Source: Arsenicibacter rosenii (GTDB lineage Bacteria > Bacteroidota > Bacteroidia > Cytophagales > Spirosomataceae). From it: a DNA stretch of 64,000 bases. Positions within the stretch are counted from its first letter, which is position 1, and the number at the start of each line of letters is the position of its first letter. Location of the stretch: assembly GCF_001870735.1 (NCBI RefSeq), contig NZ_MORL01000005.1:81736-145735 (forward strand), in the 5' to 3' direction. Of this stretch, positions 48,358 through 57,975 are shown piece by piece. A program made the translations under genes and the position numbers. The notes beneath the pieces were generated by a model, which was not told where the DNA came from, ran no database searches, and saw only the letters and a program-made list of their open reading frames with translations.

Positions 48358-50166
48358 ATGCCGCCCTTTGATTATAAAGCCGAATTAGCCAGAATCCCAC
48401 ATGAGCCGGGTGTTTACCGCTATTTTGATGCAACCGGCGAAGTAATCTACGTCGGGAAAGCAAAAGACTTAAAGAACCGCGTCAGCAGTTACTTTGTCAA
48501 GTCGAACCAGCATGACCGGAAGACAATACGGCTGGTGAGCCAGATCAGGAAAATTGAGTTTACCATTGTCCATACGGAATTTGATGCGCTGCTGCTGGAA
48601 AACCAGCTGATTAAACGCTATCAGCCCAAATACAATATCCTGTTGCGCGACGATAAGACGTATCCGTTTATCTGCGTGACAAACGAACCGTTTCCGCGCG
48701 TGCAGACCACCCGCCGTATCGACCGGAAGCTGGGGACGTTCTATGGTCCCTTTGCTAACCTGAAGCCGATGTATACCGTACTGGAAATGTTCAGCCAGTT
48801 GTTTACGATCCGTACGTGTAACTATCATCTCTCAAAAGACAATATCGAAGAGGGTAAATTCAAAGTATGTCTGGAATACCACATCGGCAACTGTAAAGGG
48901 CCCTGCGAAGCGAAACAGTCGCGGGAGGAGTACGATAAAGACATTGAGCAGGTTCACCATATCCTGAAGGGGAATCTGAAACCCGCCCAGGATTACTTTA
49001 AATCGAAAATGCTGGAAGCGGCGCAGGAACTCGCCTTCGAACAGGCCCAGCAGTATAAAGACCGGCTTGATATTCTGCAGCGTTTTCAAAGTAAATCAAC
49101 GGTTGTGAATCCGAAGATCGAAAACGCGGATGTATTCACGATTGCCTCGGATGAGTCATGCGCCTACATCAACTTTATGAAGGTGGCGAACGGCACCATC
49201 ATCCAGACCCATACAGTTGAGGTTAAAAAGAAGCTTGACGAAAGTGATGCCGATCTGTTGACGATGATCATCATTGAGTTCAGGAACCAGTATGGTGCCG
49301 AGGCCAAAGAAATCATCACCAACATACCTCTCGAAGCCGACCTGAAAGCCGAAATCACCGTTCCGCAGATCGGTGACAAGAAGAAACTGCTCGATATGTC
49401 GCTGAAAAACGTGCTGTACTTCCGGCGGGAACGGCAGGAGAAAGCAAATGCCGAAGCATCGGCCAGCGCCAGTAAAAAAGACCGTGTGCTGATCCGGCTC
49501 AAGCAGGATCTGCAACTGAAAACCCTCCCCCGCCGGATTGAATGTTTCGATAACTCCAACATTCAGGGGACAAATCCTGTTTCGGCCATGGTTTGTTTTA
49601 TCGATGGCAAACCGGCAAACCGTGAATACCGTCATTTCTCCATCAAGACCGTGGTTGGGCCTAACGACTTTGCCAGTATGCACGAGGTCGTTACCCGCCG
49701 GTATACGCGCGTTCTGGATGAAGAAACCGGCCTGCCCGACCTGATTGTCATCGATGGTGGTAAAGGCCAGCTCAGCGCGGCCTGTGAAGCTCTGAAAGGC
49801 CTCGATCTGTACGGCAAAGTCCCGATCATCGGTATTGCCAAGCGGCTTGAAGAGATTTATTTTCCCGAAGACAGTCTGCCGCTCTACATCGACAAAAAAT
49901 CGGAGTCGCTGAAACTGATCCAGCGCATCCGGGACGAAGCACACCGCTTCGCCATCACCTACCACCGTGATAAACGGAGCCGTAACAGCCTGATCAGCGA
50001 GCTGGAGAATATCGAAGGCGTCGGCAAAAAGACAGCCGCCAAGCTGCTCAAATTCTTCAAGGGCGTCAAGAAAATACGGGAAGCATCCGTTGAGGAGGTA
50101 GCTGACATTGTAGGGGCTGACAGGGCGAATAAGATCAAGGCATACTTCACCAACATGGAACAATAG
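48358..50166 (+). CDS. uvrC: excinuclease ABC subunit C
   Basis: GIY-YIG N-terminus (PGVYRYFDATGEVIYVGKAKDLKNRV), a UvrBC-interaction region, and a C-terminal RNaseH-like plus HhH (GVGKKTAAKLL). The start was chosen at MPPFDY. Confidence 0.9.
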   Translation: MPPFDYKAELARIPHEPGVYRYFDATGEVIYVGKAKDLKNRVSSYFVKSNQHDRKTIRLVSQIRKIEFTIVHTEFDALLLENQLIKRYQPKYNILLRDDKTYPFICVTNEPFPRVQTTRRIDRKLGTFYGPFANLKPMYTVLEMFSQLFTIRTCNYHLSKDNIEEGKFKVCLEYHIGNCKGPCEAKQSREEYDKDIEQVHHILKGNLKPAQDYFKSKMLEAAQELAFEQAQQYKDRLDILQRFQSKSTVVNPKIENADVFTIASDESCAYINFMKVANGTIIQTHTVEVKKKLDESDADLLTMIIIEFRNQYGAEAKEIITNIPLEADLKAEITVPQIGDKKKLLDMSLKNVLYFRRERQEKANAEASASASKKDRVLIRLKQDLQLKTLPRRIECFDNSNIQGTNPVSAMVCFIDGKPANREYRHFSIKTVVGPNDFASMHEVVTRRYTRVLDEETGLPDLIVIDGGKGQLSAACEALKGLDLYGKVPIIGIAKRLEEIYFPEDSLPLYIDKKSESLKLIQRIRDEAHRFAITYHRDKRSRNSLISELENIEGVGKKTAAKLLKFFKGVKKIREASVEEVADIVGADRANKIKAYFTNMEQ

Positions 50167-50235
50167 GCAAGAGCGGTAAATGCGGCAAGTCGACGGCTTT
50201 TAAGGGGAAAGTATCATCTGTCTTGTTAACACCCC

Positions 50236-51411
50236 TTGTTCATGAAACGATTTGCTGCGCTTACTGCGCTATTGATTACCCCGCTTATTGCGTTTACACA
50301 ACCAAAGATTGACGTTAAAAAGCAATTTTCGATTGCTCAGCAGCACTATACCCGTATGCTGCAGACCCATACGGATCTTACCCGCTTCCCACAGTCAACA
50401 AATCCTGACGGTTCGCCCCGCGACATGAAATCGGATTGGTGGTGCAGCGGTTTCTTCGGCGGCTCGCTCTGGTACATCTACGAATACACCAACGATCCGA
50501 AATGGAAAGACGCCGCCCATACCTGGACCATGGCCGTTGAAAAGGAGAAGTATAATACACGGACTCACGATCTGGGATTTATGCTTTACTGCCCGTTTGG
50601 TAATGGGTACCGGCTTACTAAAAATCCGCAGTATAAAGAAGTTATGCTGACGGGCGCAAAGTCACTGGCAACCCGCTTCAATCCAAAAGTAGGGTTAATT
50701 AAATCGTGGGAGAAGCTGGGAAAATATCAGTATCCGGTCATTGTCGATAACATGATGAACCTTGAGTTTCTGTTTTGGGCAGCCCGTGAATCAGGGGATA
50801 AAACATTCTACAACCTGAGCGTTACACACGCCGACAATACACTGAAAAATCATTTCCGCCCCGACAACAGCAGTTACCACGTCGTTTGTTACGGCCCCAA
50901 TGGTGAGGTGGAGGCCAAAGTAACTCATCAGGGCTATTCAGACGAATCGGCATGGGCACGCGGACAAGCCTGGGCATTATACGGCTACACGGATATGTAC
51001 CGCGAAACAAAGGATAAAAAATACCTCGCTCAGGCCGAAAAAATCGCGGATTTTATCCTGAATCATCCTAACCTTCCGGCCGACAAAATTCCGTACTGGG
51101 ACTTCAATGCCCCGAACATTCCAAACGAAGAACGCGACGCTTCGGCAGGTGCCATTACGGCCTCGGCCCTCCTGGAGTTAAGTACGTATACCGGTAAGAA
51201 AGGAAAGGTCTATTTCGATGCGGCTGAACAAATGCTGCAAAGCCTGTCAGGTGATGCCTACCTGGCAAAACCTGGTGAAAACAATAACTTCATCCTGAAA
51301 CACAGTGTCGGTGCGAAACCGCTTAAATCAGAAATTGATACCCCGCTGGTTTATGCTGATTACTACTATCTCGAAGCCCTCCTCCGCTACCAGAAACTAG
51401 CTAAACGCTGA
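50236..51411 (+). CDS. glycoside hydrolase family 88 (unsaturated glucuronyl hydrolase-like)
   Basis: Signal peptide and an alpha6/alpha6 barrel pattern with DNMMNLEFLFWA and WARGQAW motifs. Confidence 0.7.
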   Translation: MFMKRFAALTALLITPLIAFTQPKIDVKKQFSIAQQHYTRMLQTHTDLTRFPQSTNPDGSPRDMKSDWWCSGFFGGSLWYIYEYTNDPKWKDAAHTWTMAVEKEKYNTRTHDLGFMLYCPFGNGYRLTKNPQYKEVMLTGAKSLATRFNPKVGLIKSWEKLGKYQYPVIVDNMMNLEFLFWAARESGDKTFYNLSVTHADNTLKNHFRPDNSSYHVVCYGPNGEVEAKVTHQGYSDESAWARGQAWALYGYTDMYRETKDKKYLAQAEKIADFILNHPNLPADKIPYWDFNAPNIPNEERDASAGAITASALLELSTYTGKKGKVYFDAAEQMLQSLSGDAYLAKPGENNNFILKHSVGAKPLKSEIDTPLVYADYYYLEALLRYQKLAKR

Positions 51412-51419
51412 TTACACGA

Positions 51420-52655
51420 ATGAAAACGTTCCCCCGATTCACTCTTTGCACGCTTACCGGCCTGCTGCTTTTGGCGTGTGGCGGAACAAAAACCGACCAG
51501 AAAACGACTCAGACCATGCAAGCATCTCAAGGTACGTTCGGCCATGACGTCGCGTTCCTGAAAAGGCATCAGGACGTGCTGGTCCTGACTTCACCGGATA
51601 ACGACTCGGCTCAGATAGCCGTAATCGGCGCATATCAGGGCCGGGTAATGACCAGTACGGCCAACGGAGCCGGCGGCAACAGCTTTGGCTGGATCAATTA
51701 CAAACTGATCGAATCCGGCCGGTATCAGCCCCATATGAATGCCTTCGGAGGAGAAGACCGGATCTGGCTCTCGCCCGAAGGCGGTCAGTTTTCGGTATAT
51801 TTCAAGCCGGCTGCCCCGTTTACGTTTGATGAATGGCAGACACCGGCTATTATCGATACCACGGCCTATACGCTTGACAAAGCAACCGGATCGGAGGCTG
51901 TTTTTAGTAAAACTGCTTCGCTGACGAACCATGCCGGTGTTACGTTTGATATCCGTATTGAGCGGAAGGTTTCCGTTTTTTCTAAAACAGCCATTGCCGG
52001 GCTGTTCCCGGATACCGATCTGACCGGAGTTAATGTTGTTGGTTATGAAACGGCCAATACGCTCGAAAATACCGGCGCAGACTGGCATCGCGACAAAGGG
52101 GTATTGGGCATCTGGATTCTGGGCATGTTTACGCCTTCTCCCAAAACCACCATCATTGCGCCTTTTACCAGCACCTATTCGGAGAAACTCCTGCTCACTG
52201 ACACCTATTTTGGCAAGGTACCGGCCGATCGCCTCAAAGTACTGGATCAGGCCGTAATCATGCGGGCTGACGGTAACCACCGCAGTAAAATCGGGCTGGC
52301 CGGTCTGTCAGCACGTCCCTTTGCAGGTAGCTACGATGCCGGCAAAGGCGTATTGACGATCGTTCAGTATGACCTGTCTCCGACCGGTGATTACCTGAAA
52401 TCGACCTGGGAGCAGCATAACGACCCATATGGCGGAGATGCGCTGAATGCTTACAATGACGGCCCTCTAGCCGATGGCAGTCAGTTAGGTCCGTTTTACG
52501 AGCTGGAGTCTAATTCGTCCGTTAAAGCGCTGAAAAAAGGCGAAACGCTAACCCATCACCATCGGACGTTTCATTTTGAAGGCCCGGCCGATAAACTGGC
52601 ACCGATTGCCAAAGCCTTTTTGGGAGTAGACCTGCAAACGGATCTTAACTGGTAG
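51420..52655 (+). CDS. hypothetical lipoprotein co-transcribed with the GH88 gene (possibly DUF4861-like)
   Basis: LLLACGG lipobox. Start lies 9 bp after the GH88 stop. Confidence 0.4.
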   Translation: MKTFPRFTLCTLTGLLLLACGGTKTDQKTTQTMQASQGTFGHDVAFLKRHQDVLVLTSPDNDSAQIAVIGAYQGRVMTSTANGAGGNSFGWINYKLIESGRYQPHMNAFGGEDRIWLSPEGGQFSVYFKPAAPFTFDEWQTPAIIDTTAYTLDKATGSEAVFSKTASLTNHAGVTFDIRIERKVSVFSKTAIAGLFPDTDLTGVNVVGYETANTLENTGADWHRDKGVLGIWILGMFTPSPKTTIIAPFTSTYSEKLLLTDTYFGKVPADRLKVLDQAVIMRADGNHRSKIGLAGLSARPFAGSYDAGKGVLTIVQYDLSPTGDYLKSTWEQHNDPYGGDALNAYNDGPLADGSQLGPFYELESNSSVKALKKGETLTHHHRTFHFEGPADKLAPIAKAFLGVDLQTDLNW

Positions 52656-52669
52656 AAACCGTATAAAGC

Positions 52670-52709
52670 AAAAGCCGGAAGCAGCAGATCGCTGGCTTCC
52701 GGCTTTTTT
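52670..52709. terminator. bidirectional rho-independent terminator between the lipoprotein gene and gldN
   Basis: AAAAGCCGGAAGC...GCTTCCGGCTTTTTT. Confidence 0.55.
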
Positions 52710-52726
52710 ATGAGCAAATGAGACTA

Positions 52727-53833
52727 TTAGTATTCCCAAAGACCGTGCTCTACTTCCATCAGTTCGTATTCTGTCTGGTATGATTTCAGCAGACCGTCGC
52801 GGTCTCCGAACATACCAATCAGGTCGTTATCCTGCGGGTTTGATACTTTGGTGATACGGCCGTAGAACAACCGCAGATCAAAGGCATCGGCCAGATTTTT
52901 GTGCTGCGCCTGGTTTTGCGGGTTATACCAGATAAATTTCTTAGGGTCGCTGCGGAACAGCTGGTCCAGATCTTTATACTTGAAGGTAGCCACCGGTACT
53001 TCCAGACCAGCCTGGTTTTTATCGGCTGGCAGGTAAAGCGTTACTGTCTGAATATCGTAGAACAACCGTGAACGTTTCCGGTCGAAAATCCAGTCTTCCT
53101 TCACTTCCAGAATGCTGAACTCGCGGGCCAGGTATTCGTTATCCGACGACATTGGCTTCGGAGCGGCCGCCGCCAGCGCTGCTGAATCAACAGCCGGCTT
53201 TGGTGGTTCTACCGGCTGAACCGGCTTAGCACCTTTTTTGCCTTTCGCGTTTTTAGCCGTAGCTTTTTTCTTTGGTGCCGGTGTACCCCAACCGTCATCA
53301 GCCGGTTTGGCTTCTTTCTTTGGTGTACCCCAACCATCGTCGGCAGCCTTTTTAGGATCTTCCTTCTTCGGTTTATCCCAGCCATCGTTAGCTGCGGCTG
53401 CACCGTCTTCCTTAAAACCGGCAGCGATTTCTTCGGCCGACAGGCCACCTGTGGCATTCGGCTGCACGAGACGCTGCTGGAATTTCTCCGGCGCCATCTT
53501 CGTTTTCACCGAATCGTTTTCGTAAGGTACCAGTAAGCCGGCTTTAACGGCTTCGATCAGGTACTTGGAAATTTCGTTATTCTTCGAGAACATCGACTGA
53601 TTCTGCTTCTCCTTCAGGTCGATCCGACGCCAAAGGGTTTTCTTCATCATGATGTCGTTCTCGTTGATTGCCCGTACCGAAAGCGGGTTTGTACCATTAC
53701 TGGCCTTCTCCTGCGCCACCGCACTACCTCCTGTCACCAGTAAGGCGGATACTACCGTTCCGGCAGCTACCGCTATCGTGTTGATTCGCAACATACGTTT
53801 CAATCGTTGATCTTGTCTGACTTTCATTTTCAC
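52727..53833 (-). CDS. gldN: gliding motility / T9SS protein GldN (PorN) with an internal Lys-rich repeat insertion
   Basis: Last gene of the gldKLMN operon. Signal peptide and conserved N- and C-terminal regions. The insertion has DDGWGTPKKE repeats. Confidence 0.7.
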   Translation of the reverse strand: MKMKVRQDQRLKRMLRINTIAVAAGTVVSALLVTGGSAVAQEKASNGTNPLSVRAINENDIMMKKTLWRRIDLKEKQNQSMFSKNNEISKYLIEAVKAGLLVPYENDSVKTKMAPEKFQQRLVQPNATGGLSAEEIAAGFKEDGAAAANDGWDKPKKEDPKKAADDGWGTPKKEAKPADDGWGTPAPKKKATAKNAKGKKGAKPVQPVEPPKPAVDSAALAAAAPKPMSSDNEYLAREFSILEVKEDWIFDRKRSRLFYDIQTVTLYLPADKNQAGLEVPVATFKYKDLDQLFRSDPKKFIWYNPQNQAQHKNLADAFDLRLFYGRITKVSNPQDNDLIGMFGDRDGLLKSYQTEYELMEVEHGLWEY

Positions 53834-53921
53834 TATTACAACGTGGAGTATGGGGTAATAGTATTTGATTTTTAAGATATTGAGCGGGTATTTTCATACC
53901 CGCTCAACTATATTATCAGGC

Positions 53922-55511
53922 TTAATACAAGCCCACTGACTGCATTGGACGGCCCATGGATACCTCGCTGATTTCGCCACGGAAATTCCTGCGCTGTACG
54001 CCATTTACTTCAATGATCAGACGGTCACCCGGCTGCGCTTCTGCACCAATTTCACCCAGAGAGCCTTGCGGGCCGCTAATTTCTACGGCTTTCACACGAC
54101 GGGTACCACGCGCCAGTGAAATCGTCAGACCCGTTACCCGGTAATTAGCATCATCCGGCGAGTAGTTTTTGAAGCTTTCGTCGGCAATAGCAGCAACACG
54201 TACGTTACGGGCACTGGAAGCCGGTAAGCCTCTTGCATTATCCGCTTTCTGCCCGCCGACGTAGTATTCAATAGTCGGCTTAGGCACACGATTTACGCGG
54301 AAAGGCTCCGAGCCTAACCGGTTACCGGCGTTATTGATGTTCAGCATTACGTTGGCCGCACTAGGCACAATCGTAATCTTACCTTTCTGGCCTGATTCGA
54401 TAACCGCAGCACCATCAGCGGTAAAGCTTGGGTTCCAGAGCGCACCTAACTGCGGGCTCTGTACACTCAGTTTGTTGGCACAACCTAAGTACAACGGAGG
54501 CAATGTACCGGTTTCGATCTGATACGAAGGTTTGGCTACGAAGTATTCTGCCTGAAGCGGTACCGTTTTCATACCGGCCGGCGTGTTGTAGCTGATCGAA
54601 CCTGTCAGCACGCGGCGGGCCAGACCACTTTTGTCGTATGCACCACCTTGTGCTGTAAATTCAATAATACCTTTACCGCCATCCATCCGGACCGGTGCGC
54701 CGTTCAGGCTCATCCGTGGTGTAATGCCTGATGACGAAGCAGCCAGGAACATTTCGCCTTTGAATTTCGTACCGGCAACGACCACTTTCGATTCCATGCT
54801 CAACATCGCCGAAATCTGGTCGAATTTAACGTCTTCGGCACCTACTTTCTGGGCTAGGGCGCTCAGTGTTTCGCCTTCAATCCGGCGGATTTCCGCCTGT
54901 TTCTGGCTCAACACAGCCAGGGCTGCCGGAACCGGTGTCTGGGCAAAGTTCAGCTCAGCAAAATCCTTCGTACGCTGCTCTGGTGAGCGGCTCGCGATCG
55001 GATCGTCTTTGCCATCGGTAGCCAGTGACGGGTATTTCGTAGCCGAGTATTTACCCATGTTCTGCAGATAGCTGTCCAGGTTTTTCTGGAGCTGATACGC
55101 CGAACCATTCCGGTTAGGACCTACCATGATCTGCGCTACTTTTTCTTCTTCGCTGGCGTTTTTGATGTGACCGGTTTCGTCGAGGCCACCACCGGCTTCT
55201 TCAATGATCCGTTGTTTCAGCTGGTCGATTTCGCCGATGATCGCCGACGTGATCTGGCGGACATCACCGGCTTGTTTGAACACAGCAACGTCGTTCGGAC
55301 GGTTACCGGCTTTTTCAACAGCCGCCTGAATACTTTTTAACCGTTGGTCGTTTGCCTGGTTGACAGCCCCCGTTGACTGCTCAAGGCTATTGTTAAGGAC
55401 AATGAATTTTTCCAGAATGGCCGATGTGACCTGTAGGGCCAACAGCGCGGTCAAAACCAGATACATCATCCCGATCATCTTCTGACGGGGTGATTCTTTT
55501 GCACCTGCCAT
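53922..55511 (-). CDS. gldM: gliding motility / T9SS protein GldM (PorM)
   Basis: N-terminal MIGMMYLVLTALLALQV TM helix, about 529 aa, and operon position. Confidence 0.75.
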   Translation of the reverse strand: MAGAKESPRQKMIGMMYLVLTALLALQVTSAILEKFIVLNNSLEQSTGAVNQANDQRLKSIQAAVEKAGNRPNDVAVFKQAGDVRQITSAIIGEIDQLKQRIIEEAGGGLDETGHIKNASEEEKVAQIMVGPNRNGSAYQLQKNLDSYLQNMGKYSATKYPSLATDGKDDPIASRSPEQRTKDFAELNFAQTPVPAALAVLSQKQAEIRRIEGETLSALAQKVGAEDVKFDQISAMLSMESKVVVAGTKFKGEMFLAASSSGITPRMSLNGAPVRMDGGKGIIEFTAQGGAYDKSGLARRVLTGSISYNTPAGMKTVPLQAEYFVAKPSYQIETGTLPPLYLGCANKLSVQSPQLGALWNPSFTADGAAVIESGQKGKITIVPSAANVMLNINNAGNRLGSEPFRVNRVPKPTIEYYVGGQKADNARGLPASSARNVRVAAIADESFKNYSPDDANYRVTGLTISLARGTRRVKAVEISGPQGSLGEIGAEAQPGDRLIIEVNGVQRRNFRGEISEVSMGRPMQSVGLY

Positions 55512-55613
55512 ATACTATGGGTACTTTTCTTGGTGAAGTTTAGTGTTTTAACGATCAGCGTTTTAAAGCCGGAGAGGTCCTGCCCTAAAACGCTGTCACT
55601 TAATACCTTGCTT

Positions 55614-56432
55614 TTATTTCTGTCCGCGCATAGCAGTCAACATGCTGCCATAAACGTTGTTCAGCGAAGTCAGGTTACCCGTCAATTTAGACAGTTCATT
55701 CTTGAACTGCTGAGTATCCCGGCTGGCATCAGCCATGTTCTGCATCGCAGCTGACAGATTACCATAGAAAGCATTCATAGCCTTCAGGTGTTTGTTGGTA
55801 TCCTGTAATTCCAGTTCATAAACGGCATTCAGCGCGCCCATGCTCTGTGTTACCTTCTGGAACTGAGTACGGTATTCTTTCGCGTCAGTTGTAGCGTCGG
55901 CCATGGCGTTCATTGCCGTAATGGCGGTACCATACGACTTGTTCATGTCAGAGATCGCCTGAGCGGCCGTTTTTACGTTCCGTGCGTAGTCGTTCGTCGC
56001 TACAGTAGCGTCGCTGATGTCGCGCATTTTGGATACGCTGTCTGACAGGCTACGGAAACCGGTGCCCAGTTTCTCGAATACGTCCGGCGTAATTTTCGCC
56101 TGGGCCAGCATCTGGTCCATGTTGGCTGTTAAGCCGTTAGCCTGTGGTGCCTGAGCAGCAGCCTTGCGGGCTTCGCCTTTGTAGTCTTTGGCCAATTCAG
56201 GATAGACGCGCTCCCACTCGTAATCAGATGAAGCAACAGGGAACAGGAAACTTTGTAAAGCATACAGACCGAAGATAACGGCTTCGATAATCAGACCCGC
56301 TGTCAGAAGCCAGCCGAGCGATGTAATATGCTGAATTTTGGCCATGGCGCCTAATACTACGATTGCGGCTCCGGCACTGTAAATGGTTGGTACTAGACGA
56401 TCCCAGAAAAAGTTAGTTTTTCCTGCTGCCAT
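55614..56432 (-). CDS. gldL: gliding motility / T9SS protein GldL (PorL)
   Basis: Two N-terminal TM helices (VPTIYSAGAAIVVLGAMAKIQH) and a cytoplasmic coiled-coil. Length is 272 aa. Confidence 0.75.
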   Translation of the reverse strand: MAAGKTNFFWDRLVPTIYSAGAAIVVLGAMAKIQHITSLGWLLTAGLIIEAVIFGLYALQSFLFPVASSDYEWERVYPELAKDYKGEARKAAAQAPQANGLTANMDQMLAQAKITPDVFEKLGTGFRSLSDSVSKMRDISDATVATNDYARNVKTAAQAISDMNKSYGTAITAMNAMADATTDAKEYRTQFQKVTQSMGALNAVYELELQDTNKHLKAMNAFYGNLSAAMQNMADASRDTQQFKNELSKLTGNLTSLNNVYGSMLTAMRGQK

Positions 56433-56495
56433 GATGAAAGGGAAACTGTTAAAATGGGTAATTGATTGATTGTATGTAAGGAAAAATCTTAAGGC

Positions 56496-57662
56496 TTATT
56501 TACGACTGCTTCCTCCACGACCACTGCCACCTCCGCTGCTCTTACTGCTCTTGCTGCTGGCACTTGACCGGCCGCTGCTGCGTCCGCCTCCACGTGCCGA
56601 TGCCGCACGACCTTCAAGGTTATCCATTACACAACGGAACCCGATGTAAGAACGTTTTGCATCTTCGTATTCGTAATAGCGCGTACCGGTTTCCAGATAG
56701 TACGCAATATCTTTCCATGAACCGCCGCGTACTACTTTGCGAGGCTCATCCGGATTCTGGTTGTCGGGGTTCATATCCCAGACAATGGCGTTGCTGTTAT
56801 CGGCATAGGCATCGCGGCACCATTCGGCTACGTTACCCGCCATGTTATACAGGCCGTACTCATTGGCATTGTAGGCATTCGCCGGCGCCGTATATGGATA
56901 GCCATCGGCATCGAAGTTACCCCGCTGTGGTTTAAAGTTGGCCAGGTAGCAACCTTTACCGTTAGCTACGTATGGGTTACCCCAAGGGTACTTGGCGCCG
57001 TTTTTACCGCCACGGGCGGCCCACTCCCACTCAGCCTCTGATGGCAGGCGGAAACGAGGCGACTGGAACATACCTTCTTTGGTACGGTAATCGTTGTAAA
57101 GCGAAGTCCGCCAGTTGCAGAAATGCTGCGCGGCTTTCCAGCTCACACCAACCACCGGATAGGTGTCAAATGCAGGGTGTGTATAGTAATACTCCAGCAT
57201 CGGGTCACCATTGTGATAAGTAAAGTCGTTTTTCCAGACAGTAGTATCCGGATAAAACTTCGTCATAATCTCTTCTTCTCCCAGAACAGATACAGAATCG
57301 GCAAGCAGTGCATTGACATACTGACGATACTCATGGTTGGTAACTTCAGTGTCATCCATGTAGAATGAGCTGATTGTCACCCGACGGTTCATGTTGATTT
57401 GAGTAGCAGCAACATCTTCGTCGGCCTGACCCATGATAAATGAGCCAGATGGGATAAGAACCATTCCGTATGGAGTTGTCTGTTTCCAGCCTTTCCGGCC
57501 TTTGTCTGCGGTTACTTCACCGTTGCTAACTCCTACTTCGCCACTACCACCTTTGCCACCCCCAAACTTGGATTTGATAAAGCCGCAACTCTGCATCAGC
57601 AGAACCACTGCCGCGACCATTACCCCGCGAGTTGCGCGAATTGTCAACCAGTTGTACTTCAT
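56496..57662 (-). CDS. gldK: gliding motility / T9SS lipoprotein GldK (PorK), FGE-sulfatase domain
   Basis: LMQSCGF lipobox and a formylglycine-generating-enzyme-like domain (SFIMGQ, WEWAARGG, GFRCV). Confidence 0.8.
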   Translation of the reverse strand: MKYNWLTIRATRGVMVAAVVLLMQSCGFIKSKFGGGKGGSGEVGVSNGEVTADKGRKGWKQTTPYGMVLIPSGSFIMGQADEDVAATQINMNRRVTISSFYMDDTEVTNHEYRQYVNALLADSVSVLGEEEIMTKFYPDTTVWKNDFTYHNGDPMLEYYYTHPAFDTYPVVGVSWKAAQHFCNWRTSLYNDYRTKEGMFQSPRFRLPSEAEWEWAARGGKNGAKYPWGNPYVANGKGCYLANFKPQRGNFDADGYPYTAPANAYNANEYGLYNMAGNVAEWCRDAYADNSNAIVWDMNPDNQNPDEPRKVVRGGSWKDIAYYLETGTRYYEYEDAKRSYIGFRCVMDNLEGRAASARGGGRSSGRSSASSKSSKSSGGGSGRGGSSRK

Positions 57663-57975
57663 CTTTATTGGTACGTTAAATCCTTCTTGTGCAAGACCGA
57701 ACTAAAAACGAAAATCAGTACGGTTATTGTATGCTATACTTTTTTATTGCAATAATTCCTGTGCAACGACCCGCTTCCGGCTATTGTCACCCCCTGTCAG
57801 TCAGCCCAATCACCTCAAAAATACAATCCACACTGCAAACAGCCTAACAATAATTCTGCCAATTTGTTGATAATCCCGTTTTTTATACCCAAAACCTTTA
57901 TTTAGTTCCTTTTTATACTGACTGTGAAGTATTTGGGTCGTCAACGTACGAATAGCTTTTCTGTTTCCCTTTCTG

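Noticed and set aside
49156-50163. 335-aa minus-strand ORF inside uvrC
   Set aside because: Antisense to the unambiguous UvrC coding sequence. Spurious.
51591-52280. 229-aa minus-strand ORF inside the 411-aa lipoprotein gene
   Set aside because: Antisense shadow ORF. The + strand ORF has a proper lipobox and operon context.
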